Positions 12,332 to 23,830 of a DNA stretch of 64,000 nucleotides are shown piece after piece. The notes under the pieces are model-generated. The model did no database searches. It was not told the DNA's origin and worked only from the letters and a program-made list of their open reading frames with translations. Numbering within the stretch: position 1 is the first letter of the stretch; the number at the start of each line of letters is the position of its first letter. The position numbers and the translations under genes were made by a program. This DNA is from Squalus acanthias. Its lineage: Eukaryota. The stretch spans positions 95,296,001 through 95,360,000 of the forward strand of contig CM059431.1 of NCBI GenBank assembly GCA_030390025.1, in the 5' to 3' direction.

Positions 12332-13459
12332 TCCGGCAACTTGCAGCGGATGCAGAGACAGAGATTGCCAAATGTGGCCAGAGGTAGGAGGAGGGCCGAC
12401 AGACGTCGCAACAGGAGGCCTTACCCGCCCAGGGTTTTCTGGGAGCACTTCTCCTACATTCATCTCTCAGAGGAGCAGTGCCTTAGGAGGCTCCGCTTCA
12501 GCAAGGAGGTGGTCACAGAGCTCTTCCACCTCCTGCAGCCAGAGCTTCAGCCTCAGCTCAGGACCAGGAAGTCTCTCTCAGTGGCAGTTAAGGTCACAGT
12601 CGCTCTCAATTTCTACGCCAGCGGCTCCTTCCAGGCTTCAACAGGGGATATTGCAAACATTTCGCAGTTCGCCATCCATTGCTGCATCTGCGAGGTAACA
12701 GATGCTCTCTACAGAAGGAGAAGGGAGTACATCTCATTCCCCATCACCAGACAGAAGCTGGACGAACGCTTATGTGGCTTTGCAAGGATAGCGGGCTTCC
12801 CCATGGTTCAGGGCGCCATTAACTGCACCCACGTGGCATTGCGGGCACCTCATCACAATGCAGAAGTGTTCCGTAACCGCAAAGGCTACCACTCTCTGAA
12901 CGGTCAGTTGATGTGTGACCACAGACAGCGCCGTCAACGCCCGCTATCCTGGCAGCAGCCACGATGCATTCATCCTGTGACAGAATGGTATCCCAGCACT
13001 GTTCCACCCACCACATGAAGCTCGCGGCTGGCTGCTCGGAGACAAGAGTTATCCACTCGCCACCTGGCTGATGACACCCCACCGCAACCCCAACACTCCA
13101 GCTCATCACGCATTCAATGAGAGCCATAGCGCCACCAGGAACCTGATCGAACAGACTATCGGGGTGCTAAAGCAATGGTTCCGCTGCCTTGACCGCTCTG
13201 GAGGAGCCGTGCTGTACTCCCCTGATCATGTCTCCTTTTCATCATTGTGTGCTGCATGCTGCACAACCTGGCCATTCTGAAGGCCCAGCCATTACCACCA
13301 GGGATTGGAGGTCCACCTCAGGAGGAGGAAGAGGAGGAGGAAGAAGTGGAGGAGGAGGCTGAAGAGGAGGAGGATCAGCAGCAATGGAGGAGGGAGACAC
13401 TCAATCTTGCTTATGCAAGGGCCGTGCATGAGCGCCTCATAAGACAGCGATTCCGATGA
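12332..13459 (+). pseudogene. Harbinger (HARBI1-like) DDE transposase, inactivated
   Basis: RRLRFSKE, ALNFYASGSFQ, GFPMVQGAINCTH (first catalytic D->N), NRKGYHSLN, HDAFIL, GDKSYP, RNLIEQTIG, CCMLHN and an acidic tail; frameshifts present. Confidence 0.92.
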
Positions 13460-13636
13460 ATGATAGAGCGCATGCCGTTTGCTCAGCACAACCACATCAT
13501 TACAGCCAGCTCACAGTCCCTATCACCGGGCAAAGGTCAAATGAGAAACATCACAAAATGTGCAACGTCAAATTAACAATTTATTATTGAACACAACTCT
13601 CTCTTATGAAACACAACTATCCATAACCAAACACAA

Positions 13637-15146
13637 GTGGAAAGTGGCAAATGTGAGACCATTGTTCAAGAAAGGGTGTAAGGACAATCCTAGTAACTAC
13701 AGGCCAGTCAGTTTAACATCAGTACAAAAAGAAAATACTGCAGATGCTGGAAATCAATTTAACATCAGTGGTGGGTAAAGTTTTAGAAACAATAATCAAG
13801 GAAAAAATTAACGGGCACTTGGAGAGGTTTAAGCTAATTAAGGAGAGCCAACACGGATTTGTAAAAGGCAGATCGTGTTTGACTAATCTAACTGAATTTT
13901 TTGATGAAGTAACAGAGAGGATTGATGAAGAGAATGTAATGGATGTTGTCTACATGGATTTTAGGAAGGCATTTGACAAAGTACCACATAGAAGGCTGGT
14001 TAACAAAATTGAGGCTCATGGAATAGGTGGGTCAGTGGCAGCTTGGATAAGGAATTGGCTTAAGGACAGAAAACAGCGAGTTGTGGTAAATGGCTGTTTT
14101 TCAGACTGGAGGATGGTAGACAGTGGTGTTCCCCAAGGGTCAGTGCTGGGGCCACTGCTTTTTTTGATACAAATATAAATGACCTGGATATTAGAATACA
14201 GGGTACAATTTCTAAATTTGCCGATGACACCAAACTTGGGGGTGTGGCAAACAGTGATGATGATACCAATCGACTGCAACAGGACATAGAAAGGTTAGCA
14301 GAATGGGCAGACAAGTGGCAGATGGAATTTAATACAGAGAAGTGTGAGGTGATGCATTTTGGCAGAAGGAACAGGGAGAGGCAATATACACTTAATGGCA
14401 CAGTTTTAAAGAGTGTGCAGGGACAGAGGGACCTGGGAGTTAATGTGCATAGATCCCTGAAGGTGGCAGGACATATTGAGAGAGTGGTTAGCAAAGCATA
14501 TGGGATCTTGGGCTTCATAAATATAGGTATTGAGTACAAAAGTAGAGAAGTTATGCTGAACCTTTATAAAGCGCTGGTAAGACCACAACTGGAGTATTGC
14601 GTCCAGTTCTGGTCACCACACTTTGGGAAGGATGTGAAGGCCCTTGAGAGGGTGCAGAGGAGATTTACCAGAATGGTTCCGGGGATGGGGGATCTTAGCT
14701 ACAAGGACAGGTTAGAGAAGCTGCATTTGTTTTCATTAGAGCAAAGGAGGTTGAGGGGTGTATTGATAGAGGTGTACAAGATTATGACGGGTTTGGATAG
14801 GCTAAACGGGGAAAGGCTGTTCCCACTAGTTGATGGTACAAGGACTAGGGGATACAGATTTAAGGTTTTGGGCAAGAGATACAGGGGGAACGTGAGGAAA
14901 AACTTTTTTACGCAGCGAGTGGTGAGGACCTGGAACTCGCTGCCAATGGAAGTGGTGGAAGCGGAGACACTCAATGTTTTCAAGGGGAGACTAGATAGGC
15001 ACTTGAGTGAAATAAACTTGCAGGGCTCTGGGGATAGAGCGGGGGAATGGGACTGACTGGATCGCTCTACAGAGAGCCGGCTCTTACTCGATGGGCCGAA
15101 TAGCCTCCTTCTGTGTTGTATGACTCTATGACTCTATGATTCTATG
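13637..15146 (+). mobile_element. 5'-truncated CR1 LINE inserted between the two Harbinger genes
   Basis: WKVANVRPLFKKG through the RT C-terminus (14244-15056), 3' UTR and (TATGACTC/TATGATTC)n tail. Confidence 0.93.
13724..13753. mobile_element. 30-bp Penelope-type terminal fragment with 16-bp TSD
   Basis: ACAAAAAGAAAATACTGCAGATGCTGGAAA flanked by TCAGTTTAACATCAGT (13708-13723) and TCAATTTAACATCAGT (13754-13769). Confidence 0.7.
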
Positions 15147-15419
15147 ACAGCCATTTATCAACAAACACAACTCTTTCTTATCAAACTGAACTATTTCTTA
15201 CCAAACACAAATATTTATTTACAAGCATAACTATTTATTCACAAACACAATATATTTACAAACACCTTAATTTATTAACACACACTACCCCCATTTGCTA
15301 CTAAAGTATTATTTACTCCCCCTTCTTCAATGATTTCCCTCCCCTTTTGAGTTCCCCCTCCCAACCCAACTGCTCCTCCGTAATGTGGCCCCAGTGGCTG
15401 CAGCAAGACTGGTGGAAGG

Positions 15420-17210
15420 CTACTGAGTCTGGGAACCAGAGACTGCAGATGGCCTTGCACGATGCCCTTGACCGGCTCTGGGTCTGGAGGGCCTGGCTGC
15501 AAACTGCACCACTTCAGCATGGGCGGCAGCAGTCTGGGCTGGCTGGGTTACAGGCTGCGACAAGTGCAATGGCGGAATGGCAGTGGTGCGAGCAGGAATG
15601 CTGCCATCCTGAGAGAGGGCAGCACCTTCCTGCTTGACCGACACACTGTCACTCCCCTGGGGCAGTACCTCAGCATCCGGAGCAATCTGCTCAAGCACAG
15701 ATTGCTGGCCTGCTGCGGCACCGTGAGATCCCCGGTGGACTGTGGGCGACCCAGCGACAATGGCAGCAGGCAGCACTTGCATGGCATCAATCTGAGACTG
15801 CCTGAGAGCAGTCTGAGACTGGATGCCAGCAACCACTGACTCCATTACAGCACTAAGACATTGCGTTGCCTCGGCCTGTGCTGCAATAGCTGCTGCCACC
15901 TCACCCATGACACACGGCATGAGGTCTCGGTCCCCACAGTCTCTCTGCGAGTCAACCATCCTTTGGAAACTGCCAAGGATGGGCTTGATGGTTTGCGCAG
16001 AGATGAGTGCAATGCTGGAGGTGGACTCCTCCAGGCTCCTAGCCAGTGCATCCATGCTCTTGGGCACCCTTGCCATTGCACCCATGAGCTCGTTGTGCAT
16101 CCCCATCGCCCGTCTGGTCAACACCTCCACATTGACCTCCTCATCTGAGTCCTGTGTAGCTGAACTCATGCGCAAACTCACCCTCCGGGGAGATAGCCTC
16201 CGAGCTTCCCTTTGCTCATGGCATTGCTGCAGCCCTGGAGCTTCACCCACATCAGACCCATCTATTAGGCTGCCCTCCAGTGACCGCATCACCCCATTAT
16301 CGGACCTCTCACCCTCGGGAGACACAGGCAGTGAGGCTCTGGCTTGTTCTTCCTCCTCCTCCCCCACATCGCTGCCACTGGGAGGCTGAGGGACAGGCTG
16401 GTCAGATGTTGGCTGATTATCTGAAAGCATAAAGGCACAAGACTGTGGTTAAGGTCAGGGGAGGGGGCAGGAAGGGAGCAAGGAATGAAGACTGTATACT
16501 TAGATGGAAAGTGGGAAAGGCTTGTGGTGTGAGGGGGAAGTGGAATGAGAGAAGAGGGAGAGGTGATGAACATACCGTTGTTGTACCCAAGGGGGTCGAC
16601 GTCTCCAACGGCCACAGCGCCCATGACCTGGGCCCCAATGATACGCCCCACTCGTTCCTCCAGGTCTGTAAGAGGTTGCAGGTCTGCCTCACCTCCTCCT
16701 GTTCGTAACTGCTCCCTCCTGTTGTGAGCAAGCTTGGCCTCCAAGTAAAAGGAAAGCGTGAGTGTGAGTGTGCAGCTATTTGTTTTGCAGATGTGCCTAC
16801 CATAGTTGAATAGCTGTTAATGTATGCAAGGCGTGAGATGTGGATGTGACTTTTAGTAGGTGGGCATAGTTGGTGGGTGAGTTTTGGGGATTTGGCAGTG
16901 TATACCATCTGTGCACAGAGTGAGGTTGAGATGGTGGGATGTAAAGGTTTTTGAAGTATGTACTCACCCTGACCACCCGAGTGAGGTCATTGAATTTCTT
17001 CCGGCACTGGGTGAGAGTTCTGTGGACCAAACTTCTGGTCAACACCTCCTGGGCGGTCTCCCTCCACATCCTCCTAAAGGCCTGTGGCAATGGCCTCCTG
17101 CCAGTGTCTGGGAAGGGCACTGCCCGTTGGCGTTCCACGGCGGCAACCAGAACCTCCAAAGCATGGTCGCTGAACTGACGAGCTCTCTCTCTGGGCCTCT
17201 GAGCAGCCAT
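15420..17210 (-). CDS. Harbinger Myb/SANT-like DNA-binding protein, 3 exons (17210-16968, 16738-16576, 16420-15420), 468 aa when spliced
   Basis: Exon 1 FSDHALEVLV...W...QCRKKFNDL; donors GTGAGT and GTATGT; acceptors TTGGAG and TTTCAG; intron phases 0 and 1 join into one open frame; exon 2 ...RTGGG motif. Confidence 0.8.
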
Positions 17211-17549
17211 GACTTCTTAGGTGAAGGTTTGCAGCTCCTTGCAGGCCCAGTTCACAAGCAGCAATGACCAGAGTGAGGCTGTGCAGCATGATTGAACCTC
17301 CCCTTTAAGAACTGGAAGGCGCCAGTCTGTCTGACGACTTTCTAATTGACAGCGCCGGAACTTGAGTAGCGCTCTGAAGGTAGCGCCCCGCTCTCCGATA
17401 TTAGCGCCCTAAGAGAAGTGTGTAGTGCTTGATTTAGTGCTCCACTTCCCTCTTGGGGCGCTAAAGCTCAATTTTGCGATCGCCGGAGCTTGCGCTAAAG
17501 TTAGCGCCCCAAAATGATCGATACTGAATTTTCCCCCCTATGATTCTAT

Positions 17550-18284
17550 GGGGGCAAAAGTGGGTGTCTTTGCGCCTCCCGTTAGCGCCCTCGGGGTGCA
17601 AATGGCTTTGCAACCGGTTGCGGCGCTGACATCGACTTCTGCCATATTCGGCGGGAGTTTTGTGGCGGCGCTACAGTGTTGCGCCCGAACCTCCTTCGCT
17701 CGGAGATCGTGACGTCATCGCCGTGCGCATCACCCCATAGTGCCCTGGACCAGAAATTGACTTCCGCCCCCTGCAGCAGTGCCGGCCGAAAACAACAACA
17801 ACTGCAGGAGGCGTGCATCGGGCGGCCGTCCGCTTCGGGGACGATGATTAAAGGTGAGGTGGCTGAGGTAAGTGAAAAATAAACTTACCTTTCCTGTTCC
17901 GTTTTTTTTTCCGTTTTCCTGCCGCGATCGATCAGCCCGGCACTCTGCTTGAGTGCCGGGCTGATCGTGCAGGATCGCGGCTGCCTTGGTGATGCAGGTA
18001 GGTAATTCTTCTATTGCAGAGCCTGCAGCGATGGCCCTTCCCTTTAAGGGATGGAAGGAGCCTTTGAACGCGGCAGCGCTGCTGAAGTCTCTGCCCCGCT
18101 TGCTGCCGATTGCGCTCCAAGAAGGAAGTGGAGCGCTAAAAGCTTTTAGCGCTCCACTTCCTTCTTGGAGTGCAAAACCACATTTTTTTAAAGTTTAGAA
18201 ACATAGAAACATCAGCGCCTGGCGCTAATTTTCCAAACTTTTAAATTTATCACTCCAAACGGGGTTATAATGAATTTCTCCCCC
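17550..18284. mobile_element. Harbinger-type MITE (family A), inserted in a CR1 tail microsatellite
   Basis: TIRs GGGGGCAAAAGT / AATTTCTCCCCC, TAT TSD, shares TTGCGCCTCCCGTTAG with the copies at 30279 and 32764. Confidence 0.88.
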
Positions 18285-19064
18285 TATGATTCTAAATTAC
18301 TGGTGATGAGCGCATGATTTTTCACTCATTAAAATTAATGGATGGAAAATTACGGGCTGTGTCCCCATGGTTTTTTTCTAATGCACTCCCTGAGAACCGC
18401 ACATCGTCCTGGGAGTAGTTAATCAGATGTTTAGCTGCCAGTATGTAATGAATTATAGATGGGTCTGTGGCATGGACCTGTGCCCATTAGGACATATGTT
18501 GCTGTATTGGGCCCTGTCAGACCCATGTTTGAGCCGAGCAATGTGCAGTAAGGAGCTAGGCACCTCATCAGCACTCTTGCCTTCGGGTGTCCTGCTGGCA
18601 GGAAGCCTAAATCATGGGAAGGATTTGTTCAAGAGAGCGGAAGGTCAGACGGCATCCCAGCTGTTGAACCCTGTTCCTCCTCAAGAAAGCCAGGAAAAGT
18701 CATTGCCTGCAGGGTGATCAGAGAGGAAATCTGCCTTCAAATTGGGCTTTTTACCAGATCAGTTTGAACCTGGGAACCCCAGGCAAAAGTTGACACTCTC
18801 CTTGGGTCCTCCTACTCTAACTTCCAAATGATACCTAAATGAAAAAATAGCTTTGCGGAAAGCTTTTCAAAATTAAAATACCGGCACTAATGTAAGTCAG
18901 CAAAAAAAGAGGTGTAATGCCCCCAGGGTCCAAGAGCCCTGTTCAGTAATCCATGCTCTATCTAGTTACCCTATGCTGAAATGTGTTTGTTTGATCATTG
19001 GGCAATGAGATGGTTGACCTAGACTATAATTCTCCCAGGATGGAATAGTCTGCTTACACTCACT

Positions 19065-19926
19065 GGCCCTGAATATCCTGTATATTTGCACCAGAGACAC
19101 GTGCATTCGGGCTGCAAAGCAAATCTGTGAATTTTGGGTGTAAGTGAGTTACGCGTGTAACTTTTAAACAACCAAATCTCCTCGATCTTTTACGATCATC
19201 TATCGATCCCTCAGTCTGTTTGTGGAACAATTGAAGGAGCTGCGATTTCTGGGACTTTTTGCTGAAAGGTCACTTATCAATTAGTTCCCCCTCAGAGACT
19301 TAAGTGTGGTAGCCACCGTGAGCGCCGAACAAATGTGGAGCACACTGAGTATCTGCTCTGGTCACGTCATTGAATACTGCTCCACCATCATGGGCACTGT
19401 GGATGTGGCATTCAGTACCTCTGCCACCTCTGCCCGCATCCTGACTGCACATGGGGGAGCTGAGAAGCTGGTCACGCCCTCCCTCTATCTTATACAAGTC
19501 TACTGCAGCAAAGTTGAAAGCATTCTTCCTGGCAACCTTTGCTGTGAGTCAGTCATGTGTGATAGGGAAAGATTTAAGGCTATGGAGACACGCTACACAG
19601 CAAGTTAAATGAATTTATTAAAAATCTTTATGGCAAAGCGTTCTGTGTTACTTACCTTGCACTCTGCTGCCTCACTCTAAAGGAAAAGTACTTTTTCCCA
19701 CTTTTATAGTCATCCACCCTAAAACCTTGAGGCCCCATCGGTTCTGTTCAATTTCGTTTAAACTAAACTGGGCTATTACACAGATTTATATCCATTTTAC
19801 GTTTAACATTTACTAATGAGATTGGCAAGAAATTTGAGTGTAACTTAACATCGACAGACTGGGCACAGGATTGAGTGCATTTCAGGTCTAGCTTCCAGTT
19901 TGTGCCTACGGAGGAAATTCTGGGCC
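19065..19926. mobile_element. Old Harbinger deletion derivative with a Myb/SANT remnant on the minus strand
   Basis: TIRs GGCCCTGAATATCCT / AGGAAATTCTGGGCC; minus strand ~19440-19355 reads AEVAEVLNATSTVP..EQ..FNDVTR across a frameshift. Confidence 0.6.
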
Positions 19927-20074
19927 ATTATCTCGGCTCACACATGTAGAATGGCTATTTGAGTGAGATACCGGAGGACCACCAGTACCCATGGAACCAT
20001 TCCTTCACACGAGAAAAGAGAAAAGAAGAGAAGGGGAGGCAGCCACTGAGATTGAAATTGTTTCATAGGATATT

Positions 20075-20520
20075 GAAGAAAGAGTTGCACTAATATTGTG
20101 CTTTTCACAACCTGAGGATGTACCAAAGCGCTTTTCAGCCAATGAAGTATGTTTGAAGTGCAGTCACAGTTGTAATGTAGGAAACGCGGCAGCCAATTTT
20201 GCGCACAGCAAGCTCCCACAAACAGCAGTGTGATAATGACTAGATCATCTGTTTTAGTCATGTTTAGTCAGGGATAAATCTTGGCCAGGACAGCAGGGAG
20301 ACCTCCCCTGATCATCTTCGCAATAGTGCCATGGGATAATTTGCATCCACTTTAGAGAGCAGACGGAGCCTCAGTTTAACGACTCATCCAAAAGACGGCA
20401 CTTCTGACAGTGCTGCTCTCCCTCAGTACTGCACTTGAGTGTCAGCCTAGATTTTCTGCTCAATTGAATCCACAACCTTCTGTCGCAAAGGCGAGTACTG
20501 CCACTGAGCCACAGTTGACA
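20075..20520 (-). mobile_element. tRNA-derived SINE with Deu-like core and L2-type tail (SacSINE1-like)
   Basis: Minus-strand A box TGGCTCAGTGG, core ...ATCCCATGGCACTATT..., tail AAAGCGCTTTGGTACATCCTCAGGTTGTGAAAAGCAC. Family name is from recall, not a search. Confidence 0.75.
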
Positions 20521-21540
20521 CCAGTTGGCGTCATTAATTGGATAGGCATTGGGAATGAATGATTGCAGTTGCTTCCTGGTATTTCAGGTAACAGTGCTAT
20601 CTGTTTTTGACCAGGTGTTTATAGGACATGTTATTTATGCGGACATTATCAACATTTTACTTCTCTAGTTGATTGAGAAGTAGCACCAGGATTCCAGTCC
20701 TTGGGAGCATATGAGCCTTTTCGTAGATGAGACACCACTTGGCTTTGAAGAGTGGGTTCAAAGTGTTTTTATCTACATGGGAGTTCCAAATTGAATACAT
20801 ATACATGATTAATTTTAGCCACTCAGTCTCATCATGATGGTGCTTAGACGTTTCTCCATTTTAGAACTGACACATGGCCACTGGGTCAATGAATGGCTTG
20901 CTACATCTTTACTAGATTAATTCACCAGTCGCAGACTTCCTGGCAGAAGCTCATGCAACTGCAACAGCCACTATTTTTGGATGTCATTAACCTTACTTCT
21001 ATCTTTTTAGATCAAAACAATTCTCTACCTGATTTAACTTGTTTATTTTTTTTTCCTATCACATTTTTCCCTTCCCTCAATTTTATCTCTCTCCTAATTG
21101 TTCTTGTTTCTCTTTTCATATTTGCATAATTCTTAATACCGTGCTTTTCTCTTGCTTCTCTCCTTTTGTGATCATGTATGCAGTTAACCCTATAGGAGCA
21201 TGTTGTGAAAGATAAGAGTTTGTACTCAGCCCCTGATTTTTCAATCACAAGGAATCTAGGGCTAAAAATTCGATTAGACTCGAAAATAGTGGTGGGGATT
21301 GCAATGCGCGATTGGTCTGAACCCTTTGAAAGTAATGCAGGCAACACGCAAACTTCATGCTGCCTGCTGATTACCATGATTCCTGCATTCAGTCCAGCAG
21401 GGGGCCGAAGTTTGTGCGAGGCTAGCTCTATTTGAAGCTGGCCACCACTTCTTAAAGGCAGTCTGCACCTCTTAAAGGTGAGGTACAACTTGCATTCAGC
21501 AGCTTCTGGAACTGCTTATGAAGGCAAATGTGCGTGAATA

Positions 21541-23830
21541 ATGGCTCAACAGTGCAGTGAAAGGGCACCAAGTTTCTTGGATGCAACACTAGAGGCCTTA
21601 GTGCAGGGGGTAGAAAGGAGGAGACAGGTCCCCTACCCACAGGAGGCCAGGAAGCCCTCTAGACACACAGTGTGAAGGCAGTGAGAGCAGATAGCCGAAG
21701 CGGTCACTGCCAGCAGTCTTGCCCGCAAGACCTGGATCCAGTGCTGAAAGAAGTTCAATGACCTCACACAAGTGGGCAAGGTCGGTGAATGCACCTTCTA
21801 AAGCCATTTCCCACCAAATGCACCACTAGCCTCACACATTTCTCAATGCACCACACCCCCATCACTCACCTACCAACAATCTCTATCAATCACAACTCAT
21901 ACCTCACATTCATAGCTTTACCTCACCCTCTCACACTTACCACAGCTGCAGTCTCACACCCATATCTCACACCTTGCACACACTGCCAGCTATTGAACCA
22001 TGAGAGGAACATCACTAAAACACATTGCACCACACTCACTGACACTCTTCACCCAAACACATTGCACCACTCTCACTGACACACTTCACCCAAACACATT
22101 GCACCACTCTCACTGACACACTTCACCCAAACACATTGCACCACTCTCACTGACACACTTCCCCAAACACATTGCACCACACTCACTGACACACTTCACC
22201 CAAACACATTGCACCACACTCACTGACACACTTCACCCAAACACATTGCACCACACTCACCGACACACTTCACCCAAACACATTGCATCACATTCACTGA
22301 CACACTTTACCCAAACACATTGCACCACACTCACCGACACACTTCACCCAAACACATTGCACCACACTCACTGACACACTTCACCCAAACACATTGCCCC
22401 ACACTGCCTGACAGACTTCCCTCTCTTCTTGCAGGGCAAGGTGGCTCATAAACACAGGCAGCAGCAGCTAACCAGCGGTGGATGGGCAAGCCTGCATATC
22501 CTTACCCAGCGGGAGGAGACGGTGCTCGACACATTGGAGGGGGCGTCACTGAGGCCGTGGCAAGCGGTGAGGCTGAAACCATTGAAGATGGCGGTATGCC
22601 CATACCTAATCCTTCTTCTCACATCCTACTTCCTCCTCACCCCACAATCTCTTCTCTTACAAACTGCTGATGGTGTAAGCATGCACATCTTGCTTCCCCC
22701 CCACCTCGCCTCACCACAACCCTACCCTTGTGCCTTTCTCTTTTCAAATACCCAAGAACTCCAACCTGGCCAACCAGTGCAGGAAGAAAAAGAGGAGACT
22801 GATGGAGAAGAATAGACTCCGTCAGTCGATCTCACACTCGCAGCCACCAGCTCAGATACTGGCACTGCGTGCACTTTAGAGGGTAGTACAGAGGAGGGAT
22901 CTGCACGTGGTGAGTCACCGGGCATGAGTGTCCTGCAGCCAGGGCAGGGGGAAAGGGTAGCACAGGTGCAGCTCCCCGAAGGACGAAGTCGTACATGAGT
23001 TCTGCTGCAGAGGACTCAGATGAGGATTTTAATGGGGCGGCCTACAGTAGAAGGGTGATGGGCATGAACACAGAAATCCTTGGTGCATCGGCATGCCTGT
23101 CAGAGAGTCTGTTGTCACTGTCAAGGAGAATGGAGGAGTCCTGCACCAACTTTGCACAGGGCTTTGCGCAGAGATTGGAGCCCATGATTTCCAGGATAGA
23201 AGTGATGGGCAACTCTATTAGCACACTTGTGGACCCAAACATGATGCAGGGTCTGATGGGTGATGTCTCAGCTTCCAATGCAGCACAGCCGGAAGTGACC
23301 CAATGTCTTTGTGCTGCAGTCGAAGCTTAGACTTCTGTCATGCAGGCTCAGCTTGCTGCCATGCAAGCTCACACTGCTGCCATCGTGGTTAAGTTTACCA
23401 GTGTTGAAATGGGCTTGCAGGGTGTCACAGCAGTCCAGCAATCTGTCCTCCAACAGATCATTAAGGTTGCTGAGGCGCCGCCCCGGGGAGTAGCAGTGGC
23501 TCCGTGGAGCACGAACCTGGTGTCCTCTTTCAGGAAGACACCATTCGTCCTCCCACCACTGCCACTCCGCCAGTGCCCTTGCTATTGCCTGTCAGACAGC
23601 AGCCCAGACTGCTGCCGCAAATGCTGAAGTTGTGCAGCCTATAGCCGGGCCTTCTAGGCCCAGAGGTGCTCGTGGTCATCCTGCAAGGCCATCACAGTGT
23701 CCCCCACAGAAAGTCAGCAGCTTTCCACCAGCCATGCTGCAGCCACTGGGGTAGCACTTGTAGGAGCACTACACAGGCAAAAGCACATGGAAGACAGGCA
23801 TTAAGGGAATGCACAAGGGTGATTAGTTGA
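21541..23830 (+). pseudogene. Harbinger 2 Myb/SANT-like gene, 3 exons (21541-21780, 22435-22593, ~22748-23830), with stops and frameshifts
   Basis: MAQQCSERAPSFLDATLEALV...C*KKFNDL; same intron positions as 15420-17210; exon 3 SSAAEDSDEDF homologous to SSATQDSDEE. Confidence 0.85.
22012..22405. repeat. 37-bp minisatellite (CACCCAAACACATTGCACCACACTCACTGACACACTT), ~10-11 copies, in intron 1 of the Myb-like gene
   Basis: Direct 37-bp periodicity (e.g. 22021, 22058). Confidence 0.95.

Larger units (their letters stand above)
12332..17538. mobile_element. Harbinger transposon 1 (left end deleted, right TIR intact), containing a CR1 insertion
   Basis: Transposase (+) and Myb/SANT-like gene (-) are convergent; the right end AATTTTCCCCCC is followed by TAT. 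Confidence 0.88.

Noticed and set aside
12263..13018. Functional RT-transposase fusion protein or host HARBI1 gene
   Set aside because: The CR1 part is out of frame, the catalytic Asp is Asn, frameshifts follow, and multiple decayed paralogous elements lie nearby.
20460..20520. tRNA gene
   Set aside because: Only the A/B-box head of a SINE; no complete cloverleaf.
22012..22405. CRISPR-like array (37-bp repeats; also the 44-bp and 38-bp arrays)
   Set aside because: Head-to-tail repeats without unique spacers, no cas genes, eukaryotic context.
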